From assembly GCF_009914755.1 (NCBI RefSeq), contig NC_060926.1: DNA of 64,000 nt. One strand, 5' to 3'. This stretch comes from the human T2T-CHM13v2.0 reference genome, Homo sapiens. The notes under the pieces are model-generated. The model was not told the origin of the DNA. It made no database searches and saw only the letters and a program-made list of their open reading frames with translations. The position numbers and the translations under genes are program-made. This document shows, piece after piece, positions 43,680-63,800 of the stretch. How positions within the stretch are numbered: position 1 is the stretch's first letter; each line of letters opens with the position of its first letter.

Positions 43680-46154
43680 TGGGTGGGGACCAAGCCTTGA
43701 TTGATTGATGTTCCACCTCCTAGAAGGAGACAGTTTGGCAGGACTGGCTGCTCCCACTAAAGATCCCAGGCGCCTACTCTTCACTCGTCACTTCTACGTC
43801 CCTTGGAGGCTGGCCAGGTTCTCTATTCTCATGCCCCAGTGGCACTGTTGCTGCAGCTGCCTCCTGCCCTGAAACTCTCTGGTCCATAACGCCAATGACC
43901 TCATCTCAGGGATAGACCTCTGGGTTCCCACATGGGGGTCCCAGGTTCAAGAATCACAGCCCCTCCCCACCCCTCGCCACTGAAGTCTGAACTGAAGCTG
44001 CTTTTGGTGAAGCTCACGAAGGCCCATCACCTGGATGGGTGCCCTGCCTGTGGTTCTTCCTCAATCACTGCCTCTCCTGCTTCTGAGTTTTCCAGGCTCC
44101 AGTAACTGGAACTACTTCTGTGACAGCAAAAACATTCCCTGTTGCCTGTACTCCTTGCAGCCATAGAAAATGCTCCAGGAGTTCCATTATTTCCTTCTAA
44201 ACAATCCAGCAGGATTTTTAGAACTTCATACTACTTCTTAATTTGGTCCTGTCCCTTTCCCAACCCAGGTGTGTCTGATGTATTCCAGATCAAAGAAACT
44301 TTGCTTTTCCCACAGAAGCCTAGAGATTCTCCATTAACTGGCATTGCTTTTGCAGAGTGTGGTGTGTGCTCAGCTTTTTCCAACCCTGTCTGACAAGAAC
44401 ATCTCCTTCCCTGCTGTCAGGAGCTGCCCTAGCAAGGGCATGTCCACCTGTAAAGGTCAACACTTGCAGATTTCCAGCCAGCTCATTGGTCTGGAATTCC
44501 AGCCCCTAAGCACACCCAGAGAAAAGCTGGTACATATGTCAGTGCCACTCAGTGGCCTGGGCCTGCTTGCTGCCCAAGAGCAGTGAGAGGGGTGAGTGCA
44601 GACGCCAGAGCCGACTGGTGTGGTCCGCGCCAGGCCTTGTCAGCGCTGCTGTGCTCCATGGAGACTGGGATCAGAGGACAACTGTGCCCAACAGATGCTC
44701 AGCTTACCAGCCACTGTGCCTCCATAAAACTGGGGAGTCATGGGGGAGCGAGCAAGAGAAAGAGAGAGAGAGACCTACAGGTGTGCAGTACCTGATAGAA
44801 ACAGTGACCTCGCCCACTGGAAAAGCTGTCCTCACCAGTGTCTTGGCACCTGCTTATTAACTCATTTTGGGGAAAGCAGGGCACCAGTAGAATCAGGGTA
44901 GAAACCCCCCACCCTCGTATTTTCAAATGTACCTGAACAAGCATTCACAGCTTCCAACTATTGTGCAATAAACAGCAAAAAAAAAAAAAGTCCTTGAACC
45001 AAAATTGTCCTTAGCTGCTCTGCCCTCTAAGATGGGGCATAGTTTACATGGGAGTTGGGGGAGGACTCCATGTTTGCCCCTTCCCCTTGCTGAGATGGCT
45101 GGGGGTGGGGGCTGGAAAAAGTTGGATTCAGCAGAATGTAATTTGGAAAACATGGCTCTGGAGCACCATCCCCTCTGGCCCCTGAATCCTCACCAGCTTC
45201 CACCCTCTGCTCACCTTGGGCCCTGGATTCCAGCGCCCCCAGGCTCCCAGCTGCCTCCCTGTCTCTGCCCCATGGTCCAGCCTGGAGTTCTGGTCCCTGG
45301 TTGTGTCCTGTGGCCCCATTCTCATGCGCCCTTTGCTTCTATTTCTTTACCTATGACTTTATACTGATGTAAAGCGAGTCTTCTCGGTCGCTTCTTGTTC
45401 TCTGAGGAATGTTGAATCAGAATCTAAATGGAAAATCTGGGAAGAGATAGAACCTCCCGCGGGAGCCACCCTGCCCTTCCATGTCTAGATCATCTGGGTT
45501 CCAACCTCCATCCTCCTCCAATGAGAAGCTTTTGTTCTCTCAAGATTCCAGTGACTTCTCCGAAGCTCTCTTCATCCCTGGCTGTTCCAAGGTGGCCCCA
45601 TAGTCAAGATTCCTTAAACCCTTGCCCCTTAAAATGTTTGCCTTTCTTACCATGCTGGCTCCAGCCTCTGGTCCCAGGGGTGTGGAGAGTTCTCTCTTAC
45701 TTCTGGCTGATTTCCAGGAAGGCTAAGAACACTCTCCCCAGGTTATAATGCTGAGCATTTTGGTTCTCTCCAGCCCTGGGTCCCCATGTCAGGACCTACC
45801 TTAGTCCAGTCCATGCTCTCCCATGGGCCTGAGAGAAGATTTGAAGTTTCTGGCTTTCCCTCCAACCCTCCAACTCTCACCCCCAGCCATTTCAGCAAGG
45901 GGAAGGGGCAAACATGGAGTTTTCCCCCCAACTCCCATGTAAACTATGCCCCCTCTTAAGAGGGCAGAGCAGCTAAGGACTATTTTGGTTCAAGGACATT
46001 TTTTTTTTTTTTGCTGTCCATTGCACAAGCAAGTGGACTCCCGGAAGCCAGCCCTGCTCGTCCTCTGGGCCCTCCTTTCCCTGGTCCTGCAGGTCTTGCT
46101 GCTTGTCAGGCCTCTCCTCCAACCGTCTGCCACATTTCAGAAAAGCTGAGAACC

Positions 46155-46381
46155 CCTTGGAGTGAAAAAGGAGGAGAAACACGGTGTCTGTATCCCAGCA
46201 GGAAGTTAAATAAATACTTTCACTTTTCTTTTCCCCATTTGGGCAGAAATCTGTGAGGGTGAGTCAGTCTGTCGGCCGACTTCCTGCTCCGGGTCAGGGC
46301 AGCCACACTGCACGCAGGCTGGGCCGACTGGGGAGCTCATAGGCCAGGCTCTGACACCCAGGCAGGGCCTAGGGTGGGACG
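46155..46381 (+). promoter_or_regulatory. SP140L: SP140L proximal promoter / 5' UTR with ISRE/IRF-E and ETS sites
   Basis: ACTTTCACTTTTCT at 46216-46229 (= AGAAAAGTGAAAGT, IRF consensus). ETS cores CAGGAAGT at 46199-46206 and ACTTCCTG at ~46279-46286. Local CpGs, no clear TATA. Confidence 0.75.
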
Positions 46382-46413
46382 ATGGCAGGTGGGGGCAGCG
46401 ACCTGAGCACCAG
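46382..46413 (+). CDS. SP140L: SP140L coding exon 1, MAGGGSDLST(R)
   Basis: Kozak acgATGg, donor CAG|gtgagt. SP100/SP140L-type N-terminus. Position just downstream of SP140 fits SP140L. Confidence 0.92.
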
Positions 46414-47168
46414 GTGAGTCTTTATCTCTCTTCCTTTCACCTTTATCTCTGGCAGTATTGGAGCTTTCATGCCTGTAGTTCAGTTTCTGTCTAAAGCTTC
46501 AGTTTAGTCCTGCTTTGCAAGAACATAGGTAGGTAGTGTAATATAATGGAATAAAAGAGAATGTAATAAGGAAATCAGATTTTTACAACTGCAGCAGGAC
46601 AGCTGTTTGTGTGAGTCCAGCTTGCCATAACACAGATGACTTTTCTTGTTTTGAAACTACTGCTCAGCTGGCGGGGACACTCTGAACAGTCGTTTCAGTC
46701 ATTTGTGACTGAGAGTTATTATTTCCTCATGAGAATGAGGAACACAAATTATATGTTTGTGTTTCAACAAACATTTCCTCATGATCTCCCAACCCTTTCA
46801 CATCCCTCTGCCCTCTCTACCTTCACATATGTCATGTCAAAGAAGGTAGTTTGGAAATAGACACTCCAGGGTAAACAGCTGGCTTACTTTTAAACATTGG
46901 AAACTGTGGTTTCACCTGTCTTGGCAAGGGGCCTCAGTCAGCTTTGGGGCTATTTCCTTGACTGACTCAGGGTGTGAGTTCTGATACAATTGACCTTGAT
47001 CCAAAGAAGGAAAAAGAAGAAAAAGGCCCAGGATGGCAGAAAGCTAAATATTTTTATTTTTACTTCAATTTCCTGTCCCAAGATGGGGGATGCCTCTGAC
47101 CAGAAAAGAGATGGAAATCCTATCTTTTCTCTAGTAACGAGTTTATAAATAACATTACGTAATCTTTT

Positions 47169-47276
47169 TATTTTATTTCATTTTTTTGAGACAGGGTCTC
47201 ACTCTGTCAACCAGGCTGGAGTGCAGTGGCACAATCCCGGCTCACTGCAACCTCTGTCTCCTGGGTTCAAGCGATT
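47169..47276 (-). mobile_element. 5'-truncated Alu (right-arm fragment)
   Basis: ttttttgagacagggtctcactctg ... ggttcaagcgatt, flanked by TAATCTTTT repeats. Confidence 0.85.
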
Positions 47277-47479
47277 TTAATCTTTTAAATTTTTTAATAC
47301 AAAAGAAATACATTACATTCTTACTCATAAAATTTCAAACAGTGGAGAAGTGTATAAACGAAAAAGTCTTCTTCACCACTCACTTCGCCTTGTAGCTTCC
47401 TTTCACAGTCTTGTGAAGAGTCTTCGGCATAACTTTTCTCATATTTTTCGATGCATTTACGTGTATGAAGTATGTTTTT

Positions 47480-48250
<771 letters not shown>

Positions 48251-48546
48251 CCCTCATTATAAATAGTGATGCAGAGAGTTGCTGAGGCACTCTGTGAGCA
48301 CGGCCAGTTTTTAAAGTCGTTCTTCTGTTAAGGTGGCAGATTTGATTCTGCCTTTGTTCCAGGAAAAGTTCCTTCTCTAAAATCTCTGACATTTTCTTTT
48401 TCAATTTTTAGGCAAAATTATTCTTACATTGGAGCAACTTCAGCCTTCACAGCTTTTATCTTCCCCGTGGTCCTTTCATCTTTTCAGTTTTTTACTTTGA
48501 GTTCACAATAGTTGTCTCAAACTTTTCCTCCATGACAATTATCTAG

Positions 48547-48920
48547 TGATATGGTTTGGCTCTGTGTCTCCACCCAAATCTCATCTTGAATTGTAATCAG
48601 AATTGTAATTTCCAGGTGTTGAGAGAGGGACCTGGTGGGAGGTGATTGGATCATGGGGGCAGCTTCTCCCATGCTATTCTCATGACAGTGAGTGAATTCT
48701 CCCAAGATCTGATGGTTTTGTAAATGATAGCTTCCCTTGTGCTCTCTCTCTTGCCATCTTGTGAAGAAGACACTTGCTTCTCCTTCACCTTCTGCCATGA
48801 TTTTAAGTTTCCTGAGGCCTCCCCAGCCATGCAGAACTGTGTGCCAATTAAACCTCTTTCGTTTATAAATTACCCAGTCTGGGGTATTCCTTTATAGCAG
48901 TGTCAAAACAGATTAATACA
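48547..48920 (+). mobile_element. THE1/MST (MaLR) solo LTR
   Basis: tgatatggtttggctctgtgt ... aattaaacctctt ... taataca. Perfect 5-bp TSD TCTAG. Confidence 0.95.
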
Positions 48921-49831
48921 TCTAGCTTTCAGTAGATTTCTTGTTTCTTGTAATTTCCAATTTAAAAAAATTGATCGTGTTTATTTTTGAGGAGGGATCT
49001 TAATTTGTTTCTATAGCTCTGCAAGCTCCCCTGTATTCCACATTTTGTTCATTTCTCGTTCAATCTTCATGGTTTTTCTTTTTTAGGTTTTTGTGCAATG
49101 TTAAGAACTTTGGGATATTATTATCGTCTCTGAGATATTCTTCCAGACTGATTCTATCTGATCTTGTGTTCCATGTGCCTGCTGTGGCTTTACAACCCAT
49201 CTGGGCAGGCTCGACCAGGGCAGCTCACCCTAAATATCCCATTTGCTCTGTTGTAATCTGGGAGAGTCATGGTTTTTTTCAAGGTTCCTATTTTATCTGA
49301 GAGAGACCAAATTGTTTTTCATCTGAGCTACAGTTTGAAGACTCTGTTTTTATTCTTATCAATTTTTCTGAGGACACCATTAATTATCTTACCCTTTTCC
49401 CCACTTATTGTGAACCAGGTGGCCATAGAGGCAGGGTGTGTTTCTGTGTTCTCTCTTCTCTGCCCCTGGCCTGTAAGAGCCTCTTCTTATGCCAGTACCA
49501 CACTGCCGTAGCGATGGAGGCTTTCCAGGAACTCTTGACATCTGACGAGGCAAAATCTCTTCCTCTTCCTCCAAAATGTCTTAAACTTTGGGTTCCCAAA
49601 TTAGCCTGTCAAAATCTTGGCATTTTGTGTGAAATTGCACTGACTCTATAGATCAATTTGAAGAGAGCCGACATATTTACAATATTATGCCTTCCATTCT
49701 CATGAATATGGCTCACGTATATGATTAGTTTAGAAATGTTTTCTATTAAAATGTATTTTTCTCTCTGAAGGTCTTGTACTTCTGCTAGATTTCTTCATAG
49801 ATATTTGATATCTTTATGCTATTATTAACTA

Positions 49832-50519
49832 TAGTAGTCCTTCTTTATCCACGGTTTCACTTTCTGAGGTTTCATTTAGTCATAGTCAACCATGGTCCAA
49901 AAACATTAAATGGAAAATTCCAGAAATAAACAATTCATGAGTTTTAAGTTACTTGCTGTTCTGAGTAGTGTGATGAAATCTCACGCTGTCCCTCTCCATC
50001 CCGCCCAGGATGCGAACTGTCCCTTTATCCAGCGTATCCACAATGTGGACACCACCAGTCCATGAGTCACTGAGTAGCCATCCTGGTAATCAGATCGGCT
50101 GTCATGGTATCTCAGTGCTTGTGTTCAGAGAACCCTGATTTTAGTCAATAAAGGCCCCAAAGCACATGAGGATTGATGCTGGCCATTCAGATATGCCAAA
50201 GAGAAGCCGTCAAGTGCTTCCTTTAAGTGAAAATGTGAAATTTCCTGAAAGAAAAAAAAAATCACATGCTAAGGTTGCTAATATCTACAGTTCAATCTTT
50301 TGAGAGAGAGAAAGAGACCACATTTACATAACTTTTATTACAGTATATTGTTATAGTTGTTCTACTTTATTATTAAATATTATTTTTAATCTCTTATTAT
50401 GCCTAATTTATGTATAGATGGGGGAAAACATAGTATATACAGAGTTTGGTACTATCTGCAGTTTCAGGCATCCGCTGGGGATCTTGGAAGCATCTGCTGT
50501 GGATAAAAGGGAATGAGTG
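49832..50519. mobile_element. MER44 (Tigger7-derived) DNA transposon
   Basis: Terminal inverted repeats tagtagtccttctttatcc / ggataaaagggaatgagtg with TA flanks. Internal aaatggaaaattccagaaataaacaattc. Confidence 0.85.
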
Positions 50520-52256
50520 TACTAAATTATCTCTTACATATAAATTTGTATAGGTGACCCATGTTCTAATCCATGGTTATATTTTTTATTCTTGTTTCAA
50601 TACTGAACTGTTTTAGTTGCTATGATCTTCTAGGTAGTGTTCTGTAACCTGTCTTGCTGGGATTCAACTGAGAGACACTAAATGAATAGATAAATCTAAC
50701 AAGAATTTACATTTTTAAAAATTCTTAATGATCCCAGCTAGAAACATGGTATATCTCTCCACTTATTTATAATTTTTTGAACTTGAGTCCTTATTGGGTC
50801 ACTTTAGTGCTAGGCATTTTAAAATTGTATTTGTAAACAGGAACTCGTTTTCCTTTTACATTTTCTAGTTATTTCTTTCTGGCATAGGGGAAATCTATTT
50901 GTTTTAGTTTGATGACTTTGTGCATAGGAGACTTTCTAAGTAGTCTTCTCCCTTCTATTATTGTCTTGTTTTTTTCTGGAGAAATAATTACATCTTCAAA
51001 ATAGCAGCTTTGTCTGCTCTTTTTCAGAATTTATACCGTGTATTTTTCTTTTTCTTACTTTTTTTCCTTCTTTTTCCCTTTGTGCATTAGGCAGGATTGT
51101 CAGTGTAATACTGAATAGCAACAACAAAAATGAGCATTTTTGTTTTGTTCCAGCGCTCAGGGGAACGCTTGTAATGTTTAACTTGAGACTTTCTGACAGA
51201 TGCCTTTTATCAAGATAAGGACATTTTCTGCTCCGGTTTACTAAGTTATTTCTTTTAATCAAGACCATGTATAGGATATTTATCAAAATGTTTGCTAAAG
51301 AATCTTTGAGGTCATCATATCATTTTACTTTTATTAATTTTGATAATTTTTCCAAAGTAAAACATACATAGAGAGATTAAAATATCAAACAGTCAACAAG
51401 ACCTTAAAATACAAAAGTAGCTCTTTCGGCCATCTTCCCCAGTCGTCGTCCAGTTTCCCAGATGGATTATCTTTAACCTTTTAGCTCTTCCTTCTGTACT
51501 TACTTCTGTAATTTGAAAAGATATGCAGATACAGCTCTTTGTAATTTTTCAAGTTCCAGACATTAATCTGTTCACATAATAGGGCAGAAGATGAAGACTT
51601 CTCCCCTAACACTCCTTTTCATTCCCCATCCATTCTCGTAATACATCACAGTTTGAGGTTCATCAGTAATCAGTGTTATCGTTATGAGGGTTATTTAAAT
51701 GATGTTCATAACCAAGTCATATACTATGTGATGATCACATTTCCTTTCCTGTGCAACATCTTTCCCAAAAATAACTATTGCCCTCTTACACATTTGCTTG
51801 GATTTTGTGTGCCCTTGTTATGAATTCTTCCCAGGCACCCTGCAGAATTCTAAAATTCTTCTCAGGACAGTGAGGCACATTGTGTAACTTATCAATTCCG
51901 TTTTATTTTCTTGGGGGAGCCCTTCTGGAGCTACCCATTCTGCTGATCCAATTAGTTCTGGTTAGTTTCAGCTTCCAAGACTGACCTTCTGAAGCTAGAC
52001 ATCTCTCCTGTGTTGGGTCTTGTTTTATGGATTACATGTATCTTCTTTCTTGCTTTACTATCTCATTTTGGCTTACCGCATTATCCAGTAGCCTCCTGAC
52101 TAAGAGTTCATAGAAGGTATATATCTTAAGATCATTCATATCTGGAAAAAAAATTATTCTTAAACCTCACAACTGTATGAAAATTTGGTAAATCTAAATG
52201 TATAGTTTGGAAATTAATTTGGTTAACTGCCTTGCAGTTTTCAGCATTGCTAATAA

Positions 52257-52569
<313 letters not shown>

Positions 52570-54952
52570 CCCATTCTGATTCTTGATCCTGTCTTTCTAT
52601 GTCACCTGTTTTGCCTCTCTGAAACTTTCTGGCTCATCTCTTTAATCCCTTGATTCTAAATTCTCATGATGGTTTGCCTTGGCGTGAGTGTTGTGCTTAG
52701 TTCTCCGGGGTCCTTTCAAATGGAGACCAATTTATTTCAATTCTCATCATTTTGCTTGTGATATTATTTAATTATTTTCTCCCTTCTGCCTTATCTCTCT
52801 GTTTTATGTTTTGGAATTCCTGTTAGTTGGATATTGGGTTTCCTAGGTTGATCCTCTAGAGATTTTTTGTTTTTTTTTCTTGACAATCTTGTATGTCTTC
52901 TTCTTTTGAATCTACCTTCTATGACATTTTCTCAGGACCTTCATTTCTTCTAGTGATTTAAAAATTTCTGCCATGATATTTTTAATTTCCAAAAGCCCTT
53001 TTAAAAAGTTGTTTCTCGTTTATAGCATCTTGTTGTTGTTGTTTCAAGAAATCCAATATTTTCTCTCTCCTAATGAGGATGATGATTTTTAGAATTGCAT
53101 CTGTTCCTTCCAGGTTTCTTTCGCAGCTCCTGCTCCAATATTTGCTTGTTCTGAAAGAATTCATCAAGTGTCCATTGGGTGTCCATTCACATTTCAGAAC
53201 GAGACACTAGAAATCTGACTAGAAGCTCTGTGTAAGGAATGCCTCTCGTTGACTGTACCCCATTTTGATTTTCATCTTCCAATTTATCCTCTGAAGGAAC
53301 AGTGCCTCTAATTACTAACCACTTCCAGAGTTTGAAAGCATACATGGGCTTACTCCTTGTCAGCATTTCCTCTGCAAGTAATCAGGTATTTTATTCTTTC
53401 ATTCTGTGAAACTAGCTGCCATGTATGCACCTACCTTCTGAAATGTTTGGTTGTCTCTTATTTGATGTCCTTTCCTCTCCTGTTCCCTGGTTCCTGCTGC
53501 TTTTCTGCCTGTAACTCTCTATTACAGGTGGTTTCATGGGATTTCACAGGGAACAAAGATGAATGCAGATGTGTTCAACCCGCCAGGCTTAATGAAATAC
53601 ATAGATCGATTATCTAATGTGATTTGTCCTGGAATTCCTGAGATAACACCTACGTGGTCATGTCACATGATTTTTTCATCCATTCCAGTGTTGGATTTAC
53701 ATGTATTTTATTGTGGGATTTTGCCTTATGTGTTTTTAAGCAACAGTTTTTATTTTGTATTTGCTTGATGTTGATAGCGAAACTATAACAGCCTTATGAA
53801 ATAATTGAGGGTGATTAAAATTATATGTATATATATATATATAAATGGTTTCTTTAATACAGACATTACCTGTTCCTTGAAGGATTGCTAAAAATTGTCC
53901 ATTAAATGATTTGAAACCAATGTCTGTGTGTAGGTGTGGGGTGAAATGTAGTTTAGGGTAAGTCTGCAAGCATATTATGCATTTCTTCTATTATTTTTAG
54001 TTCTCATGCTGACCTTTGAGGCAGTTTTTATCATTTATATTGTCCTAAAGTATATTTTCCCTAGATTCTCTTATTTATTGGTAGAAAGTTGTATCGAAAT
54101 TTCTCTTATAAAGTTTTAATTCTTTCCTTCTCTGAAGACATATCATTTTTTAAACTCCTAACGTTGTTTATTGTTGTCTTTTCCTTTGTTCTTTTGATCA
54201 ATCTTTCCATTTTGTTGGTCTTTTCAATGAACCACTTTTTGCTTTTATTGATCCATTACTCTTATTTTTTGTTTGAGATATAATTAAATCTTGCTTAACA
54301 TTTTTATATTTTTCTATTTATTTTCTTTCCTAATTCTTTACTTCAACTTTGTTGAGGGGATTACCTTGTGTTCTGTTTCTGATACCTTGCTTTAAAACTT
54401 AATCTACTTGTCAGTGTTTCTTATTTTCTAATAAATGCATGTTAGGCCATGAATATTCACCTCTGTGCCACTTTGGAAACGTTTGGCCTTTATAATGTAC
54501 AGTGTTTTCACTGGAGTTTCTTAGCCGTTTGTTATTTTGATTTTGATTTCCTGATTAACCTAAGAAGCGTCTGGAAGCAGCTTTTAAAATTTCTCAGTGG
54601 AACGAGTTGGGGAAGTCGTCCTCTGTCCTTGGGTTGTTTACTCTGATCCTATCACATTGTGGTTAGAAAATGTGTTTTTTAGGATTTTGGTTTGTGAGAG
54701 TCTACTGTTGTTTTTTTTGTGGCCTAGTGCATAGTCATTTTTGAGGCTTTGCCACATTTGAAAGGCAATATAATGTAATGATTAAGAGTGTGGTAACTAA
54801 TGTCAGATGGGAGAGAAAGTGGGAGGGGAAGAGAGGATCAACACTAGGATGATTGGAGAGGGACGGTGTGAAGTCCAGCTCTGCCACTGCATAGATGTGG
54901 AGGTGGGGCAAGCCTTGTTTCTTCCCTATAAAATGATGGTATCAACAATGGT

Positions 54953-55580
54953 GTTACCAGTGGGCTGGTACAGGTTCTTGTCTTCACCCCAGAAAAGAAT
55001 TTGAAGGCCAGACCAAACTGAAAGTACAGAAGATTTATTGCAGCGTGAAAGCAAGTACATACTCAAGAGAGGATTGTGAGTGTGCTCAAAAGAATAAGCT
55101 GAACCCAATATGGCCAGGACTCACATACTATACAGATAAGCATAATGAAGGTGTGGAATATTCCATCATAAGAGGAGGGATTTTCTGGGAAATGGGCAGG
55201 CAGTTCCCAGAATTGGATTGCCACTTTTTTCTTTACTAAATATGGTTAATCCAGAATTGACATGGCATCAGATGCATGATGGGATTGGGAGGTTTCCCCG
55301 TGGAAGTCTTATAGTAATAGGGGCATAATGCAGTCAAGGGTCCACAGCCAGTCAAGTTTCTGGCCATCTTGGATTAAACCAGTTGTGGTTGATTTCTTCT
55401 TTGTTACATTCTTATCTGTGCCTAATCTAGAACGTCTAAATTGTCTTTATTTTTGCAGCCTGTTGCAACAGTTCCTTTCCACTAAGGGGTGGGTCCTTGA
55501 GCTAAACTATTTGGCCCCATTTGTTTTGCTTTTAGCTACCTGCAAGTAATTATGTCTTGTTCCCTCACTAACTGCCTACC
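54953..55580 (-). mobile_element. ERV1 solo LTR, reverse orientation, splitting a MIR
   Basis: Starts tgttaccagtgg..caggttcttg..aaagaatttga, with reverse AATAAA (tttatt at ~55034). MIR-like sequence on both sides. Subfamily not determined. Confidence 0.6.
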
Positions 55581-56070
55581 ACCTGTTTCATGAGAATCTA
55601 TGAGGAGGAAACAAGTTAAGCTACGCACCAAGCACTTAGAAGAGTGAGTACCTCATACAGAGTGAGTACTCAGAAATGTCAGATATTTTTTAATGTACTG
55701 AAACAAGTTATAACCTCTTCATTACACATCTACTTAACCCAGAATGCTCATTATTTTATTCAAATCTTTAACTTGATTTAATTTTGACTTACTGGACTTG
55801 TCAACTTCTAACAGAGATGCCTTAACATTTTTTTACTACAATTGTGAGTTTTTCAGTTTTCCTATATCACTGTCAGACTTTCCTTTCAATATTTTAAAGC
55901 AATTTTCTTACAGATCATGACTTCTACTACATAGACTGGTAGAATATATCTTTTATCAGTATGCAAAAAACTTCTGTGCTGTTTGTATTACTCTTCAGTC
56001 TAAATTCTGTTTGTTTCTGATGTCAGTTTTGCCACAGAGCTCTCTTTTATTTTGCATTTGCCTGGTGTGT

Positions 56071-61626
<5,556 letters not shown>

Positions 61627-62190
61627 GGAGCCTGCGTTTTTCTTTAATGGAAAGGTTTTTTTTTCCTACTTATTCAATCAGTTTACTTATTATTGGTCTC
61701 TTCAGATTATCTGTTTTTTCATGATTCAGTCTTGGTAGGTTGTATGTTTCTAGGAATTTATCTATTTCTTCTAGGTTATCCAATTTGTTGATGCATAATT
61801 GTTCATAGTAGCCTAATGATTCTTTGAATTACTGTGTTATTAGTTGTAATCTTTCCTGTCTCATTTATAAGTTTTAAGTTCTGTCTCTTATTTCCCTTGG
61901 TTAGTCTAGCTAAAGATTTATCCTTTTTTTTAAAATCTTTTCAAAGAACCAAGTCTGAGTTTTGTTGATCTTTTCTACTGTTTTCCTATTCCGTATTTAT
62001 TTCTGCTCTAATCTACATTATTTTCTCCCTTCTCCTTACTTTGTGCTTAGTTTGCCTTTCTTCATCAGGTGTAAAGCTACGTTGTTGGAGATTTTTCTTT
62101 TTTCCAAGTGTTTATAGCTATAAACCTGATAGAATTGCTCCTGCTGCATCCCATAAGTTTTGGTGTGTTTTGTTTTCTTTTATTTGTCTT
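61627..62190 (-). mobile_element. Older L1M ORF2 fragment (host of the younger L1s), resuming at ~63807-64000
   Basis: Antisense L1 motifs tcagtcttggtaggttgtatgtttctaggaattta and ccataagttttgg. Confidence 0.8.
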
Positions 62191-62194
62191 TCCT

Positions 62195-63800
62195 TTTTCT
62201 TCCCTTCAACTTTTAAGTTCAGGGGTACATGTGCAGGATGTGCAGGTTTGTTACATAGGTAAACATGTGCCATGGTGTTTGTTGCACAGATCATCCTAGG
62301 TATTAAGCCCAACATCCATTAGCTATTCTTCCTGATGCTGTCCCTCTCCCTACACCCCCGACAGGTGCCCAGAGTGTGTTGTTCCTCCCATGTGTTCATG
62401 TGTTCTCAACATTCCGCTCCCACTTATAAGTTAGAACATGTGGTGTTTGGTTTTCTGTTCCTGAATTAGTTTGCTGAGGATAATGACTTCCAATTCCATC
62501 CATGTCCCTGCAAAGGACATGATCTTGTTCCTATTTATGGGTGCATAGTATTCCATGGTGTATGTGTACCACATTTTCTTTATCCAGTCTATCATTGATG
62601 GGCATTTAGGTGGATTACGTGTTTTTGCTATTGTGAATAGTGCTGCAATGAGCATACATGTGGTTGTATCTTTATAACAGAATGATTTATATTCCTTTGG
62701 GTATATATCCAGTAATGGGATTGCTGGGTCAAATGGTATTTCTGCCTCTAGGTCTCTGAGGAATTGCCACACTGTCTTCCACAATGGTTGAACTTACACT
62801 CCCAAAAACAGTGTAAAAGCATTTCTTTTTCTTTGCAACCTCACCAGCATCTATTGTTTTTTGACTTTTTAATATAGCCATTCTGACCAGTGTGAGATAA
62901 TATCTCATGTGGTTTTGATTTGCAAAGGACATGAACTCATCCTTTTTTATGGCTGCTTTCTTAATCTTGGTCTGATTTGATTGTGCTGTGATCTGAGAAA
63001 CTGTTATGATTACTGTTTTTTTTGCATTTGCTGAGGAGTATTTTACTTCTGATTATGTGATCAACTTTTGACTAAGTGCTGTGTGGTGATGGGAAGAATG
63101 TGTATTCTGTTGTTTTTGAGTGGAGAGTTCTGTAGATATCTATCAGGTCTACTTAATCCAGAGCTGAATCAGGCCCTGAATATCTTTGTTTATTTTCTGA
63201 CTCGATGATGTGTCTAATATTGTCAGTGGGGTGGTAAAGTCTCACACTATTACTGTGTGAGAGTCTAAGTCTCTTTGTAGGTTTCTAATAACCTGCTTTA
63301 TGAATCTGGGTGCTCCTGTATTGGGTGCATGTATATTTCAGATAGCTCTTCTTGTTGAATTGAACCCTTTACCATTATGTAATGTTCTCTTTGTCTTTTT
63401 AAAATCTTTGTTAGTTTAAAGTCTGTTCTGTCAGAAACTAGGATCAAAACTCCTGCATTTTACTGTTTTCTATTTGCTTGGTAAATTTTCCTCCATCCCT
63501 TGGTTTTGAGCCTATGTGTATCTTTGCACATGAGATAGGTCTCTTGAAGATGGCATACCGATGGGTCATGGCTCTTTATCCAGTTTGCCATTCTGTGGTT
63601 TCTTTAACTGGGGCATTTAGCCCATTTACATTTGAGGTTAGTATTGTTATGTGTGAATTTGATCCTGCCACCATGATGCTAGCTGGTTATTTTGCAGACT
63701 AGTTTATGTGGTTGCTTCATAGTGTCACTGCGCTGTGTACTTCAGTGTGTTTTTGTAGTGGCTGGTAATGGTTTTTCCTTTCCATATTTAGTGCTTCCTT
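62195..63800 (-). mobile_element. Older L1PA with ~2.6-kb internal deletion
   Basis: 3' UTR/ORF2 end at 62195-62922, then EN/ORF1-end sequence at 62957-63800. TSD-like GTGTTTTGTTTTC at 62165 and 63807. Confidence 0.85.

Noticed and set aside
45946-46149. 67-aa ORF with a hydrophobic stretch (PALLVLWALLSLVLQVLLLV) upstream of SP140L
   Set aside because: It lies upstream of the promoter elements, crosses a poly-T run, and CT-rich DNA readily gives Leu-rich peptides.
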